Positions 31,782 through 41,176 of a stretch of 64,000 bases of DNA are shown here, in pieces; positions within the stretch are counted from its first letter, which is position 1; each line of letters starts with the position of its first letter. The notes beneath the pieces are model-generated. The model was not told the origin of the DNA. It saw only the letters and a list, made by a program, of their open reading frames with translations, and made no database searches. This DNA comes from Gammaproteobacteria bacterium (GTDB lineage Bacteria; Pseudomonadota; Gammaproteobacteria; Acidiferrobacterales; SZUA-150). The stretch covers positions 27,042-91,041 of the forward strand of contig BTRG01000001.1 of NCBI GenBank assembly GCA_036986275.1. Direction: 5' to 3'. A program made the translations under genes and the position numbers.

Positions 31782-33842
31782 ATGGAACGCACACTACTGC
31801 TGGTTGATGACGAAGCCAATATCCTTAAGGCTTTGCAGCGCCTGTTACACCGCGACGGCTATCGTATTCTCACCGCTGGTAGCGGTCGGGAGGGCCTGGC
31901 GCTGCTGGAGGACAACGAGGTGGATGTGATCATCTCCGACCAACGCATGCCGCACATGACGGGGGTGGAGTTTCTGTCCAAGGCCAGGGAGTTATGCCCG
32001 CAGACGGTGCGCATTGTACTTAGCGCCTATTCCGACTTTAGCGCCGTTACCGACGCTATTAATCGCGGTTCGATTTACAAGTTTTTTACCAAGCCCTGGG
32101 ACGACAAGTTGATGCGCGCCAATATCCAGGAGGCCTTTCAACGCTCGGAGCTGAGCTGGAAAAATAACCAACTCACACAAGTATTCGAAAGTACCCTGGA
32201 AGGCATCATAATCACCAGTTCCGAGGGCATCATCCAGGCGGTCAATCCGGCCTTCACCGAGATCACCGGTTACCTGGCCGAGGAGGTCATCGGCGAGAAC
32301 CCACGCATCCTGCACTCCGGACGTCAAAATGAAGCGTTCTATGAGGAGATGTGGCAGACCCTGTTGGCTACAGGCTGCTGGCAGGGCGAGGTTTGGAATC
32401 GACGCAAGAATGGCGAGGTATATCCCGAATGGTTGGCCATTACCGCGATCCATGACGACAATGGCAAGGTCAGTCAGTACGCGTCCCTGTTCAACGACAT
32501 TACCGAGCAGAAAAAGAACGAGGAGCGGCTGGCCCATCAGGCCTACCACGACGCCCTCACCAATTTGCCTAACCGCCTGCTGTTTCATGACCGGCTGAAC
32601 ATGGCTCTGGCCTATGCGCAACGCAACGATACCATGCTGGCGGTGTTGTTTCTGGACCTGGACCGGTTCAAGAACATCAATGATAGCTTGGGGCATTCCG
32701 TCGGCGACCGTTTGCTACAGGGCGTGGCCGAGCGACTGACCCACAGTGTGCGCCAGGAAGATACCGTGGCCCGTATGGGCGGAGATGAGTTCACCATCCT
32801 GCTGCCGCATACCCCGCACACCAGTAGCGTGGCGGAGGTGGCTGAAAAGATCCTCGACACCCTCAAGCGACCCCTGCACGTCTGTGGTCACGAGTTGTTT
32901 GTTACCGCCAGTATCGGTATCAGCATCTATCCCGGTGATACCCGGCAGGCCGAATCGTTGATGAAAAATGCGGATACCGCCATGTACCGCGCCAAGGAGC
33001 GGGGGGGCAACAATTACCAGTTCTACGCACCCGCCATGAATACCCGCGCGCTGGAAAGGCTCACGCTGGAAAACAAGTTGCGGCATGCCCTGGAACGTGA
33101 ACAGTTCCTGTTGTACTACCAGCCGCAGATGCATCTGGGCACGGGTCAGATTGTTGGCGCCGAGGCCTTGTTGCGCTGGCGCACGGAAGAAGGTGAATTG
33201 ATCTCACCGGCGGAATTCATTCCCCTGCTGGAGGAAACCGGCCTGATTATTCCGGTGGGCGCATGGGTGTTGCAACAAGCCTGTATGCAGAACGGCGCCT
33301 GGCAGGCGGCTGGTTACCACCCCCTGCGCATCGCGGTCAATCTGTCGGCGCGTCAGTTCGGGCAGGGAGATCTTGTCAGCCAGGTGCTGGATTGTCTGGC
33401 AAAAGCCGGTCTGCAAGCGTCGCATCTGGAGCTGGAAATCACTGAGAGCATCATGATGGATGCCGCGCATGCGGAGATGCTGGAGGCGTTCAAGCGGGCA
33501 GGTCTGCAACTGGCGGTGGACGATTTCGGCACCGGTTATTCCTCGCTCAGTTATCTCAAGCAACTGCCCGTCGATACCATCAAGATCGACCGGTCCTTTA
33601 TACGTAATGCGGCTCACGATTCGGCAGACGCGGCCATTGTCAAAACCATTATCACTTTGGCGCATGACCTTAAACGCAAAGTGATTGCCGAGGGGGTTGA
33701 AACCCATGAACAACTGGCGCTATTGCGCTCGCTGGGGTGTGATGAAATCCAGGGCTATCTGCTTAGCCGGCCGCTCGCAGCCGAGGTACTGCCGGCGTGG
33801 TTGGATCAACAGATGTCCGTCGAGCGCAGGGTGCAGGGGTGA
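31782..33842 (+). CDS. REC-PAS-GGDEF-EAL diguanylate cyclase/phosphodiesterase
   Basis: SDQRMP, RMGGDEF, EALLRW, DDFGTGYSS. Confidence 0.95.
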   Translation: MERTLLLVDDEANILKALQRLLHRDGYRILTAGSGREGLALLEDNEVDVIISDQRMPHMTGVEFLSKARELCPQTVRIVLSAYSDFSAVTDAINRGSIYKFFTKPWDDKLMRANIQEAFQRSELSWKNNQLTQVFESTLEGIIITSSEGIIQAVNPAFTEITGYLAEEVIGENPRILHSGRQNEAFYEEMWQTLLATGCWQGEVWNRRKNGEVYPEWLAITAIHDDNGKVSQYASLFNDITEQKKNEERLAHQAYHDALTNLPNRLLFHDRLNMALAYAQRNDTMLAVLFLDLDRFKNINDSLGHSVGDRLLQGVAERLTHSVRQEDTVARMGGDEFTILLPHTPHTSSVAEVAEKILDTLKRPLHVCGHELFVTASIGISIYPGDTRQAESLMKNADTAMYRAKERGGNNYQFYAPAMNTRALERLTLENKLRHALEREQFLLYYQPQMHLGTGQIVGAEALLRWRTEEGELISPAEFIPLLEETGLIIPVGAWVLQQACMQNGAWQAAGYHPLRIAVNLSARQFGQGDLVSQVLDCLAKAGLQASHLELEITESIMMDAAHAEMLEAFKRAGLQLAVDDFGTGYSSLSYLKQLPVDTIKIDRSFIRNAAHDSADAAIVKTIITLAHDLKRKVIAEGVETHEQLALLRSLGCDEIQGYLLSRPLAAEVLPAWLDQQMSVERRVQG

Positions 33843-33845
33843 GCC

Positions 33846-34718
33846 ATGGATGTCGCAACGCAAAATCAACCGCAACGCATCCTGCTGCTGGTGGACGACG
33901 AAGAGAACATCCTCAGTGCCCTGAGCCGTCTGCTGCGCCGTGATGGCTACCACATTCTCACTGCCAACAGCGCCCAGCAAGGCCTGGAGCTACTGGAACA
34001 GCACAAAGTGGGCGTGATTATTACCGACCAGCGCATGCCGAAGATGACCGGTTCTGAGTTTCTTTTCCGGGTCAAAGAGCGCTATCCCGATACGGTGCGC
34101 ATCGTCCTCAGTGGTTATACCGAACTCAAGAGTGTTACCGATGCCATCAATCGCGGCGCCATCTACAAATTCCTCACCAAGCCCTGGGATGACCAGTTGT
34201 TGCGCGACAATATCGAAGAGGCCTTCAGGCAGCACGAACTCCAGAGTGAAAACCAGCGCCTGACGCGTGAACTGCAGGCCGCCAATGAGGAGCTGTCGGA
34301 CATCAACCAGGATCTGGAGCGGCGCGTCGAGGAGAAGACCCAGGAAATAATACTCAATATGCACACCCTACAGATTTCTCAGGAGGTGCTGGAGCATTTG
34401 CCTATCGCCGTGCTGGGAATCGGTGATGACGATTGCGTTGCAGTGGCAAATCGCATGGCGGCCAAGCTGTTGGTCGGGGAGCGTGGTTTTCTGGTGGGGC
34501 AGACTGCACAGCAGGCCTTGCCAGCGGAACTCTACGATTTGCACCAGCAGGCCATGCAGGCAAAAGACGACGGTGCTAACTGTTGTCGGCTGGAAATCCC
34601 CACCGTTGGAACGGTGGAGGTCTGTTGCTGCTGGCTGGGGCAGACTTCCTATGCCCAAGGAACCGTCGTGGCAATGACGCCAATTCACCCTCTCACGGAT
34701 GTTGCACCGGATCGATGA
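33846..34718 (+). CDS. Response regulator (REC, coiled coil, PAS-like C-terminus)
   Basis: VDDEENIL, TDQRMP, TKPWDD; VLEHLPIAVLGIGDD..AVANRMA. Confidence 0.85.
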   Translation: MDVATQNQPQRILLLVDDEENILSALSRLLRRDGYHILTANSAQQGLELLEQHKVGVIITDQRMPKMTGSEFLFRVKERYPDTVRIVLSGYTELKSVTDAINRGAIYKFLTKPWDDQLLRDNIEEAFRQHELQSENQRLTRELQAANEELSDINQDLERRVEEKTQEIILNMHTLQISQEVLEHLPIAVLGIGDDDCVAVANRMAAKLLVGERGFLVGQTAQQALPAELYDLHQQAMQAKDDGANCCRLEIPTVGTVEVCCCWLGQTSYAQGTVVAMTPIHPLTDVAPDR

Positions 34719-35035
34719 AGACCATTTGTCAACAGCCGCTGGATCGGGTCCAGCCCGGTGAAACCCTGGGCCGCGATGTACTGGATGCCCAGGGTAATCG
34801 CCTACTGGCCGCCGGTGCCGAACTCAGTACAAAAACCCTGGCTCAGTTACAGCGGCGGGGTATCAAGAGTGTGGCGCTGAGCCAGGAAAACCCTCTGTCG
34901 GTGGAACAACAGGAAACCTGGCGGCGGACGGTGGAACAACAACTGGCGCTGCGGTTTCGCAAGGTGCAGGACCACCCCCCTATGCAACAACTGCAGGTCC
35001 TGTTGCGTGATTACCGCCTGGGAAAAACGATATGA
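34715..35035 (+). CDS. Small hypothetical protein (HD-GYP/HDOD-associated domain)
   Basis: ATG overlaps upstream stop (ATGA); VQPGETLGRDVLDAQGNRLLAAGAELS..LQRRGIKSV. Confidence 0.7.
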   Translation: MKTICQQPLDRVQPGETLGRDVLDAQGNRLLAAGAELSTKTLAQLQRRGIKSVALSQENPLSVEQQETWRRTVEQQLALRFRKVQDHPPMQQLQVLLRDYRLGKTI

Positions 35036-35043
35036 GCACGGAT

Positions 35044-35110
35044 GTGAGCTGGGCATCGCCCACCAACAGGGCATGGATAGGGCGTAATTGGTGGATGGTG
35101 CCCACCCTAC
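35044..35110. repeat. Inverted REP doublet (REPIN-like)
   Basis: GTGAGCTGGGCATCGCCCACCAA (+) and GTAGGGTGGGCACCATCCACCAA (-, 35088-35110); same family as 28890. Confidence 0.7.
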
Positions 35111-35134
35111 AACTACTACGGAGTCCAGGTTGAC

Positions 35135-36037
35135 ATGACCACTGATTTCGCATTTTCCCCGCAGGCCGAATCGGGCACGACGGCAAACCCAAAAAGGTCG
35201 CCGCTCACTCGTGCCACGCTGGAAAAGGAGATTCAGCAGTTGCCAGCACTGTCGGTGATCGTCACAGAAGTTTTGACCATGATTGACCGGGGTGATGTTG
35301 AGCTTGTGGTGATAATGCAAAAGATCGGCCAGGATCAGGCGCTGGCGGCGCGCATTCTGCGGGTGGTGAACTCACCGTTCTACGGTTTTTCCCGCCACAT
35401 CGGCTCCCTCAAGGATGCGGGCATGATGCTCGGCGTGCATACCCTGTACAACATTGTCATGGCGGCCGGCATCATGGGCCATTTTCCGCCGGGCGAGGAC
35501 CAGGGTTTCGACCGGCTGAGTTTCTGGCAACACGCCATTGGCACCGGCGTGGCCGCCAAGGTGCTGGCCGGCCATTGTGGACTGCATCAGGAAACCGCCT
35601 TCACCGCGGGACTGCTGCACGATATCGGCAAGCTGGTGATGGCGGCCTATTTTCCGGCCGATTTCGACCGGGTGCTGGCCGCACGGAACGCACAGGATTG
35701 TTTGCTGAAAGATGCGGAACAGCTGGTGCTGGGGTTCGATCACACACTGGTGGGGGCCAAGGTAGCGCAGAAATGGAAACTGCCGGTGGCGATTATCGAG
35801 GCCATACGCCATCATCACACCCCCGATTTAGTTACCGATAGACCGTACACCGCCCTGGTACATGTGGCCGATATCCTCTGCCGTGGGCTGGAGATCGGTC
35901 ATGGTGGAGACATGCTGATTCCCGCCCTGGATGTGGCGGCCATGCAGCGCCTGGGGCTGGGTTGGGAGGTGTTGCGCGCCGCCTTGTCGGAAATCGAGGC
36001 ACTGAATGCCAGCGCCAATCTCATGGCAGAGCAATGA
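35135..36037 (+). CDS. HDOD-domain protein
   Basis: LPALS, DQALAARILRVVNSPFYG, FWQHAIG, AGLLHDIGKL, GFDH. Confidence 0.92.
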   Translation: MTTDFAFSPQAESGTTANPKRSPLTRATLEKEIQQLPALSVIVTEVLTMIDRGDVELVVIMQKIGQDQALAARILRVVNSPFYGFSRHIGSLKDAGMMLGVHTLYNIVMAAGIMGHFPPGEDQGFDRLSFWQHAIGTGVAAKVLAGHCGLHQETAFTAGLLHDIGKLVMAAYFPADFDRVLAARNAQDCLLKDAEQLVLGFDHTLVGAKVAQKWKLPVAIIEAIRHHHTPDLVTDRPYTALVHVADILCRGLEIGHGGDMLIPALDVAAMQRLGLGWEVLRAALSEIEALNASANLMAEQ

Positions 36038-36053
36038 GATGGGCATCGCGGCC

Positions 36054-37706
36054 ATGTCCTTCCGGCGTAAGACCGTCCTGGGTATCGCCACTATCGAGGC
36101 GGTGCTGTTGCTGATACTGGTGGGCACCGGGCTTGGTTTTATGCACCAGAGTAACGAGCAGGAGCTGATTAAGCGTGCTACTACCACTGTCGCCCTGTTT
36201 GCTACCACAACCAAGGACGCGGTGCTAGCCACCGATCTGGCCTCGTTGGAGAGTTTTGTCCATGAGGTGGTAAAAAATCCGGGCTTGGTCTACGCGCGGG
36301 TGCGGGATAGGGACGGTATGGTATTGGCACAAGCGGGTGACGCAGCGGCACTGGCACGTCCTTTTGTCGCCGATGTGCAGGTGGACGACGCTACCGACGG
36401 TGTGCTCGATACCTACGAAGAAATCCGCGCCGCCGGTACGACCTATGGCCAGGTCGAGATGGGGCTGTCCATACGGGAGATCTATGCGGCCCTGGCGAAC
36501 GCACGTCAATGGGCCACGGGGATCGCGGTGATGGAAATGGGGCTGGTGGCGCTGTTTTCCTTCGTGCTCGGGACCTATCTTACGCGCCAGTTAAAAAGCC
36601 TTAAACAGGCCGCCGAGCGGGTTGCCGATGGGGATCTGGGTTTTCAGGTGCCGATCAAGGGCCGGGACGAACTGGCCCGCACGGCCATGGCTTTTAACGA
36701 AATGTCGCAGCGGTTACGACAGTTTAATGACGAACTGGAGCAACGGGTGGCCCAGCGCACTGCCGAACTGGTCCAGGTTCAGCGGCAGTTGCAGGACGAT
36801 CTCGAGCGACGCAAGAAAATGGGCGAGGCTTTGCATCGGGAGAAACAGCAACAAAGGGAATTGTTTCGAAAATTGGAACAGGCCCACAATCAGTTATTAC
36901 AATCCGAGAAATTGGCCTCTATCGGCCAGTTAGCCGCCGGCGTGGCCCACGAGATCAATAATCCCGTCGGCTACATCAGTTCCAATTTGGGCACCCTGGC
37001 GGAGTATCAACAGGACCTGTTCCAGGTGCTGGATGTCTATGAATCGCTGGAACCGCTGTTGCAAAACGAGGACCAGGCCTTGCAGCGCATCCATGAGGTC
37101 AAGCAAGCGGCGCGTCTGGATCACTTGCGTCAGGACGTACCGGACCTGCTCAGTGAGTCACAGCAGGGTGTGACGCGAGTGCGCCGGATCGTCGAGGACC
37201 TCAAGGATTTCTCCCACGTCGACGAGGGGGAATGGGCAGAGGCCGACTTGCACCAAGGACTGGAGAGCACCCTCAACATCGTTAACAACGAGATTAAGTA
37301 CAAGACAGAGGTGGTTAGGGAGTATGGCGACCTACCACCGGTGATGTGCCAGGCGCCACAACTCAACCAGGTGTTCATGAACCTGTTGATTAATGCCGCC
37401 CAGGCCATCGAGGAGCACGGGGTCATCACCTTGCGTACCGGCAGTGAGCACGGCTGGGTGTGGGTGGAGATCAGCGATACCGGCCAGGGCATAGAGCCTG
37501 AGCAGCTGAAACGCATTTTCGATCCCTTTTTCACTACCAAGCCGGTGGGTACTGGCACCGGGCTCGGTCTGTCGCTGTCTTACGGCATCGTCCAGGCCCA
37601 TGGCGGGCGCATCGACGTGGACAGCGAGCCTGGTAATGGCACTACCTTCCGGGTATGGCTGCCGGTGGCAGGGGACAAGGGACAGGCAGCGGGGATGGAG
37701 CGATGA
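36054..37706 (+). CDS. Membrane sensor histidine kinase (TM-periplasmic-TM-HAMP, NtrB-like transmitter)
   Basis: QSEKLASIGQLAAGVAHEINNP, NQVFMNLLINA, DPFFTTKPVGTGTGLGL. Confidence 0.92.
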   Translation: MSFRRKTVLGIATIEAVLLLILVGTGLGFMHQSNEQELIKRATTTVALFATTTKDAVLATDLASLESFVHEVVKNPGLVYARVRDRDGMVLAQAGDAAALARPFVADVQVDDATDGVLDTYEEIRAAGTTYGQVEMGLSIREIYAALANARQWATGIAVMEMGLVALFSFVLGTYLTRQLKSLKQAAERVADGDLGFQVPIKGRDELARTAMAFNEMSQRLRQFNDELEQRVAQRTAELVQVQRQLQDDLERRKKMGEALHREKQQQRELFRKLEQAHNQLLQSEKLASIGQLAAGVAHEINNPVGYISSNLGTLAEYQQDLFQVLDVYESLEPLLQNEDQALQRIHEVKQAARLDHLRQDVPDLLSESQQGVTRVRRIVEDLKDFSHVDEGEWAEADLHQGLESTLNIVNNEIKYKTEVVREYGDLPPVMCQAPQLNQVFMNLLINAAQAIEEHGVITLRTGSEHGWVWVEISDTGQGIEPEQLKRIFDPFFTTKPVGTGTGLGLSLSYGIVQAHGGRIDVDSEPGNGTTFRVWLPVAGDKGQAAGMER

Positions 37707-39631
37707 ACAGGGAAGTTTCGGCTAAGGAAAAGACACTGTTACTGATAGAGGACGAAGCGGCGAACCGCACCGCGGTAAAGCGGGCCCTGCGTGACAGCGG
37801 CCTGAACTTTTTGGAGGCGGAGCACGGCCGGCAGGCCCTGGAGATTCTTAGCGACCGGCACGTGGACCTGGTCCTCCTGGATCTGGCCATGCCGGTGATG
37901 GACGGCTTTACTTTCCTGGAACGCTTCCGGGCCATGGAGGCCAACCGGGCCATTTTGTCCGCTACGCCGGTGTGCGTCATGAGCGCCTGGTCCGACGGCG
38001 CCAACCGGCGCCGGGCCATCGAACTTGGTGCGGACGATTTTGTGAGCAAACCAGTGGACAACACAGAACTGCGGGCGCGGGTGCGCTCCCTGCTACGCAT
38101 CAGCACTTACCGTCGGCGTCTTGAGGCCTTTCAGATCCAACTGGACAACAAGGTAAGCACATCTGCCGGGCAGCACATGCCTGCTTCGGAGGCCTTGCAG
38201 GTACAGATCAACCAGTTGCAGCAGGCACGGCGGCAGCAGGAGGTCTGGTCCGAGGCGCAGCTGTGGATCACCGAGGCGCAGACTTCGCTGGCCAGCACCG
38301 AAGACCTGTCACACTTTTATCAGAAGACCGTGCATCACGCCATGGTGATGACCCGCGCGCGTCACGGCGCCCTTGTCCTGTTGGATGAGGCAGGTGAACC
38401 GGGAGAAATCATCACCCCGGGGGCGGCCAATAGCGAATTTCTCCAGCTTGCCTGCCTGGATGACGGGCAGCGAATCCTGCGCGCCCTGTTGGCGCAGGGT
38501 GATCCTTTGCGCGTCGCCGAACCGGAGGCCTGTCCCGGTTGTGAACTTACTCAGCCGGCATGCCCGGCGAGGAGCAATCTGCTGCTGATGCCACTACGTT
38601 TGAATGGCCAACTGTACGGTGCCCTGCTGCTGGCCGACAAACCCGGCGGCGAGGCATTCACGGTCCAGGACGAGAGCCTGTCGCAACTGTTTGTGATCCA
38701 GGTGGCGGGCGTACTGGAGCGCAAGGAATTGCTGGGTGCGTTGCACCGGAGTAACGCGGATCTGCATTCCGAACAGGAGGAACAGCGGGCTCTGATCAAA
38801 CGCCTGCAAGAGGCCCATGAACAGTTGTTGCAGTCCGAAAAGATGGCTTCTATCGGTCAGCTGGCCGCCGGCGTGGCCCACGAGATCAACAACCCGGTGG
38901 GCTTCGTCAATTCCAATATCGGCACCCTGCAGAAATACGTCCAGCAATTGCTGGTGGTGTTGGAGGCCTATGAACAGGCTGAGTCCTTGCTGGACGGTAA
39001 TGCCCTGCGGGACATCCACACAGCCAGGCAACAGGCCGATATCGAATTTCTCAAAGAGGATGTGCTGGCCCTGGTGCAGGAGTCCCATCAGGGCCTGACC
39101 CGGGTCAAACAGATCGTCCAGGACCTGAAGGATTTCTCCCACGTGGACGAGGGCGAGTGGCAGCAGGTGGATCTGCACAAGGGCCTGGATAGCACCCTCA
39201 ATATCGTCAGCAACGAGCTCAAGTACAAGGCCGAGGTGGTCAGGGAGTATGGCGAGTTACCGCTTACAGAATGTATCGGCCCGCAACTCAACCAGGTGTT
39301 CATGAACCTGCTGGTCAATGCCGCCCACGCCATGGAGCAGCAGCGCGGCGTGATTACGATCCGCACCGGCGCCGAGCAAGACTGGGTGTGGGTGGAGATC
39401 AGTGACACCGGCAAGGGCATCGATACCGAACACCTGAAGCGCATCTTCGATCCCTTTTTCACCACCAAGCCGGTGGGTACCGGCACTGGGCTCGGTTTGT
39501 CGCTGTCCTACGGCATTGTGGAAAAACACGGCGGGCGCATCGACGTGGAAAGCGAGCTGGGTAAAGGCACCACCTTCCGAGTATGGCTGCCAGTGTATAA
39601 AGCCGATACACCTATGGAGGTAACAGGATGA
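37703..39631 (+). CDS. REC-GAF-histidine kinase (NtrB-like transmitter)
   Basis: LLDLAMP REC; GAF-like LLLMPLRLNGQLYGALLLADK..FT; AHEINNP. Confidence 0.9.
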   Translation: MNREVSAKEKTLLLIEDEAANRTAVKRALRDSGLNFLEAEHGRQALEILSDRHVDLVLLDLAMPVMDGFTFLERFRAMEANRAILSATPVCVMSAWSDGANRRRAIELGADDFVSKPVDNTELRARVRSLLRISTYRRRLEAFQIQLDNKVSTSAGQHMPASEALQVQINQLQQARRQQEVWSEAQLWITEAQTSLASTEDLSHFYQKTVHHAMVMTRARHGALVLLDEAGEPGEIITPGAANSEFLQLACLDDGQRILRALLAQGDPLRVAEPEACPGCELTQPACPARSNLLLMPLRLNGQLYGALLLADKPGGEAFTVQDESLSQLFVIQVAGVLERKELLGALHRSNADLHSEQEEQRALIKRLQEAHEQLLQSEKMASIGQLAAGVAHEINNPVGFVNSNIGTLQKYVQQLLVVLEAYEQAESLLDGNALRDIHTARQQADIEFLKEDVLALVQESHQGLTRVKQIVQDLKDFSHVDEGEWQQVDLHKGLDSTLNIVSNELKYKAEVVREYGELPLTECIGPQLNQVFMNLLVNAAHAMEQQRGVITIRTGAEQDWVWVEISDTGKGIDTEHLKRIFDPFFTTKPVGTGTGLGLSLSYGIVEKHGGRIDVESELGKGTTFRVWLPVYKADTPMEVTG

Positions 39632-39650
39632 ATGACGAAATGGTGAGCTC

Positions 39651-40215
39651 TACGAAACGGCGAGTGGGCGAAACGGCGATTTTGGAACTAGGTGCCAGTT
39701 AACAGGTTAGATGATGAAACAGATATTAAAACAGCATGTATGTAGATATTGTCACCGGTTTGCTGATTCGCCGTTTCGTAGAAAGGGGAGAAGTAAATGA
39801 GCGAAAAAATCAGTAGTTATAAACAGCTTCGGGTTTATCAAGGAGCGATGGAACTGGCAATGGAGATATTTGAGCTTACAAAGGCGTTTCCAAAGGAAGA
39901 AAAGTACTCGTTGGTTGATCAAATGCGCCGTTCTTCACGCTCGGTCTGTGCCAATTTGGCTGAGGCTTGGCGAAAACGGCGTTATAAAGCGGCGTTTGTT
40001 GCCAAATTGAGCGATTCAGAGAGTGAAGCCTGTGAAACCCAGGTATGGATTGAGATTGCGCAACGGTGTGGATATATCTCTGAAGAGACAGCCCATCGCT
40101 TAGACGATTCATCGGAAAAAATTATGGCGCAGATTATCAGAATGATTCAGGAGGTTGATAAATGGCTAATCAAGTAATTCGCCGTTTCGCCGTTTCGCCC
40201 ATTCGCCGTTTCGTA
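39651..40215. mobile_element. Putative inverted-repeat-bounded cassette carrying a four-helix-bundle gene
   Basis: 29-bp inverted repeat with 1 mismatch (39651-79 / 40187-215); AT-richer interior; no transposase, so mobility is inferred. Confidence 0.55.
39797..40177 (+). CDS. Four helix bundle protein (23S rRNA intervening-sequence protein family)
   Basis: YKQLRVYQ, FPKEEKYSLVDQMRRSSRSVCANLAEAW, EACETQVW..A..CGY. Confidence 0.92.
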   Translation: MSEKISSYKQLRVYQGAMELAMEIFELTKAFPKEEKYSLVDQMRRSSRSVCANLAEAWRKRRYKAAFVAKLSDSESEACETQVWIEIAQRCGYISEETAHRLDDSSEKIMAQIIRMIQEVDKWLIK

Positions 40216-41055
40216 ATTGGCATGGTCTTGGCAGTCTCGGCAATGGCCCCGACACAGGCCGAGCCGCTCACCCTCACCTTCGGTATCGTCCCACAACAAT
40301 CGGCCAGCAAGCTGGCACGGTTGTGGACCCCCATCCTCGATTACCTGGGAGAGCAGACCGGCTACCGCCTGCATTTCAGGACAGCACAGGACATCCCCGC
40401 CTTCGAGCGGCGGCTGGCGGCGGGCGAGTACGACCTTTCTTATATGAATCCCTATCACTACACCACCTTCCACCGTGCGCCCGGTTACGAGGCCTTCGCC
40501 CGGGCCAAGGACAAGCGCATCAAGGGTATTATCGTGGTGCGCAAGGACAGCCCGGTTAAAGACCTGCGGGAATTTAGTGGTCAGATCCTGGCCTTCCCTT
40601 CACCCGCGGCCTTTGCCGCCAGCGTATTGCCACGCGCCTGGTTCAATACCGAAGGCATTCCGATTACCCCTAAATATGTCTCATCCCACGACTCGGTGTA
40701 CCGCACCGTGGCCAGGGGGCTGTATCCGGCCGGTGGTGGCGTGATGCGCACCTTCAACAACGTCGACCCGGCCATCAGCGATCAACTGCGTATCCTCTGG
40801 ACCACCCGGCCCTATACCCCCCACGCCATCGCCGCCCACCCGCGCGTACCCAACAAGGTGGTGCAACGGCTGCAGCAGGCCATGCTGGCCATGGATCGGG
40901 ACCCGCAGGGTAAAAAACTGCTGGCCGCGATCCGTATCAAGGGTTTTGAGCGCGGCGAGGACGGGGACTGGGACGATGTGCGGGCATTGGGCATCGATCT
41001 GCTGGATAAATTGGTAAAACAGCCGATAACAAGACAGGCGCTATATATCCAGTGA
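40162..41055 (+). CDS. PhnD-like (phosphate/phosphonate family) substrate-binding protein, no ABC genes nearby
   Basis: Signal peptide ending TQA-EP, FGIVPQQS, YMNPYHY, SSHDSVY, HAIAAHPRV; GGAGG before ATG 40162. Confidence 0.85.
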   Translation: MANQVIRRFAVSPIRRFVIGMVLAVSAMAPTQAEPLTLTFGIVPQQSASKLARLWTPILDYLGEQTGYRLHFRTAQDIPAFERRLAAGEYDLSYMNPYHYTTFHRAPGYEAFARAKDKRIKGIIVVRKDSPVKDLREFSGQILAFPSPAAFAASVLPRAWFNTEGIPITPKYVSSHDSVYRTVARGLYPAGGGVMRTFNNVDPAISDQLRILWTTRPYTPHAIAAHPRVPNKVVQRLQQAMLAMDRDPQGKKLLAAIRIKGFERGEDGDWDDVRALGIDLLDKLVKQPITRQALYIQ

Positions 41056-41176
41056 GGTGGGGTGTGAACGAACAAAGACGCAAGTTTCAACAATTCAATC
41101 ACGAGGACCTTGTTCTCGGGGCCTGGTACGCGCCGGCTATTCGTTTCGTTTTGGTCATTGAACGAGTTCCCCTGGC

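Noticed and set aside
39628-40220. Precise excision of the cassette restoring an in-frame SBP gene from ATG 39628
   Set aside because: Removing the full repeat-bounded segment, or leaving one TA, puts the join out of frame, and the upstream peptide is acidic, unlike a signal n-region
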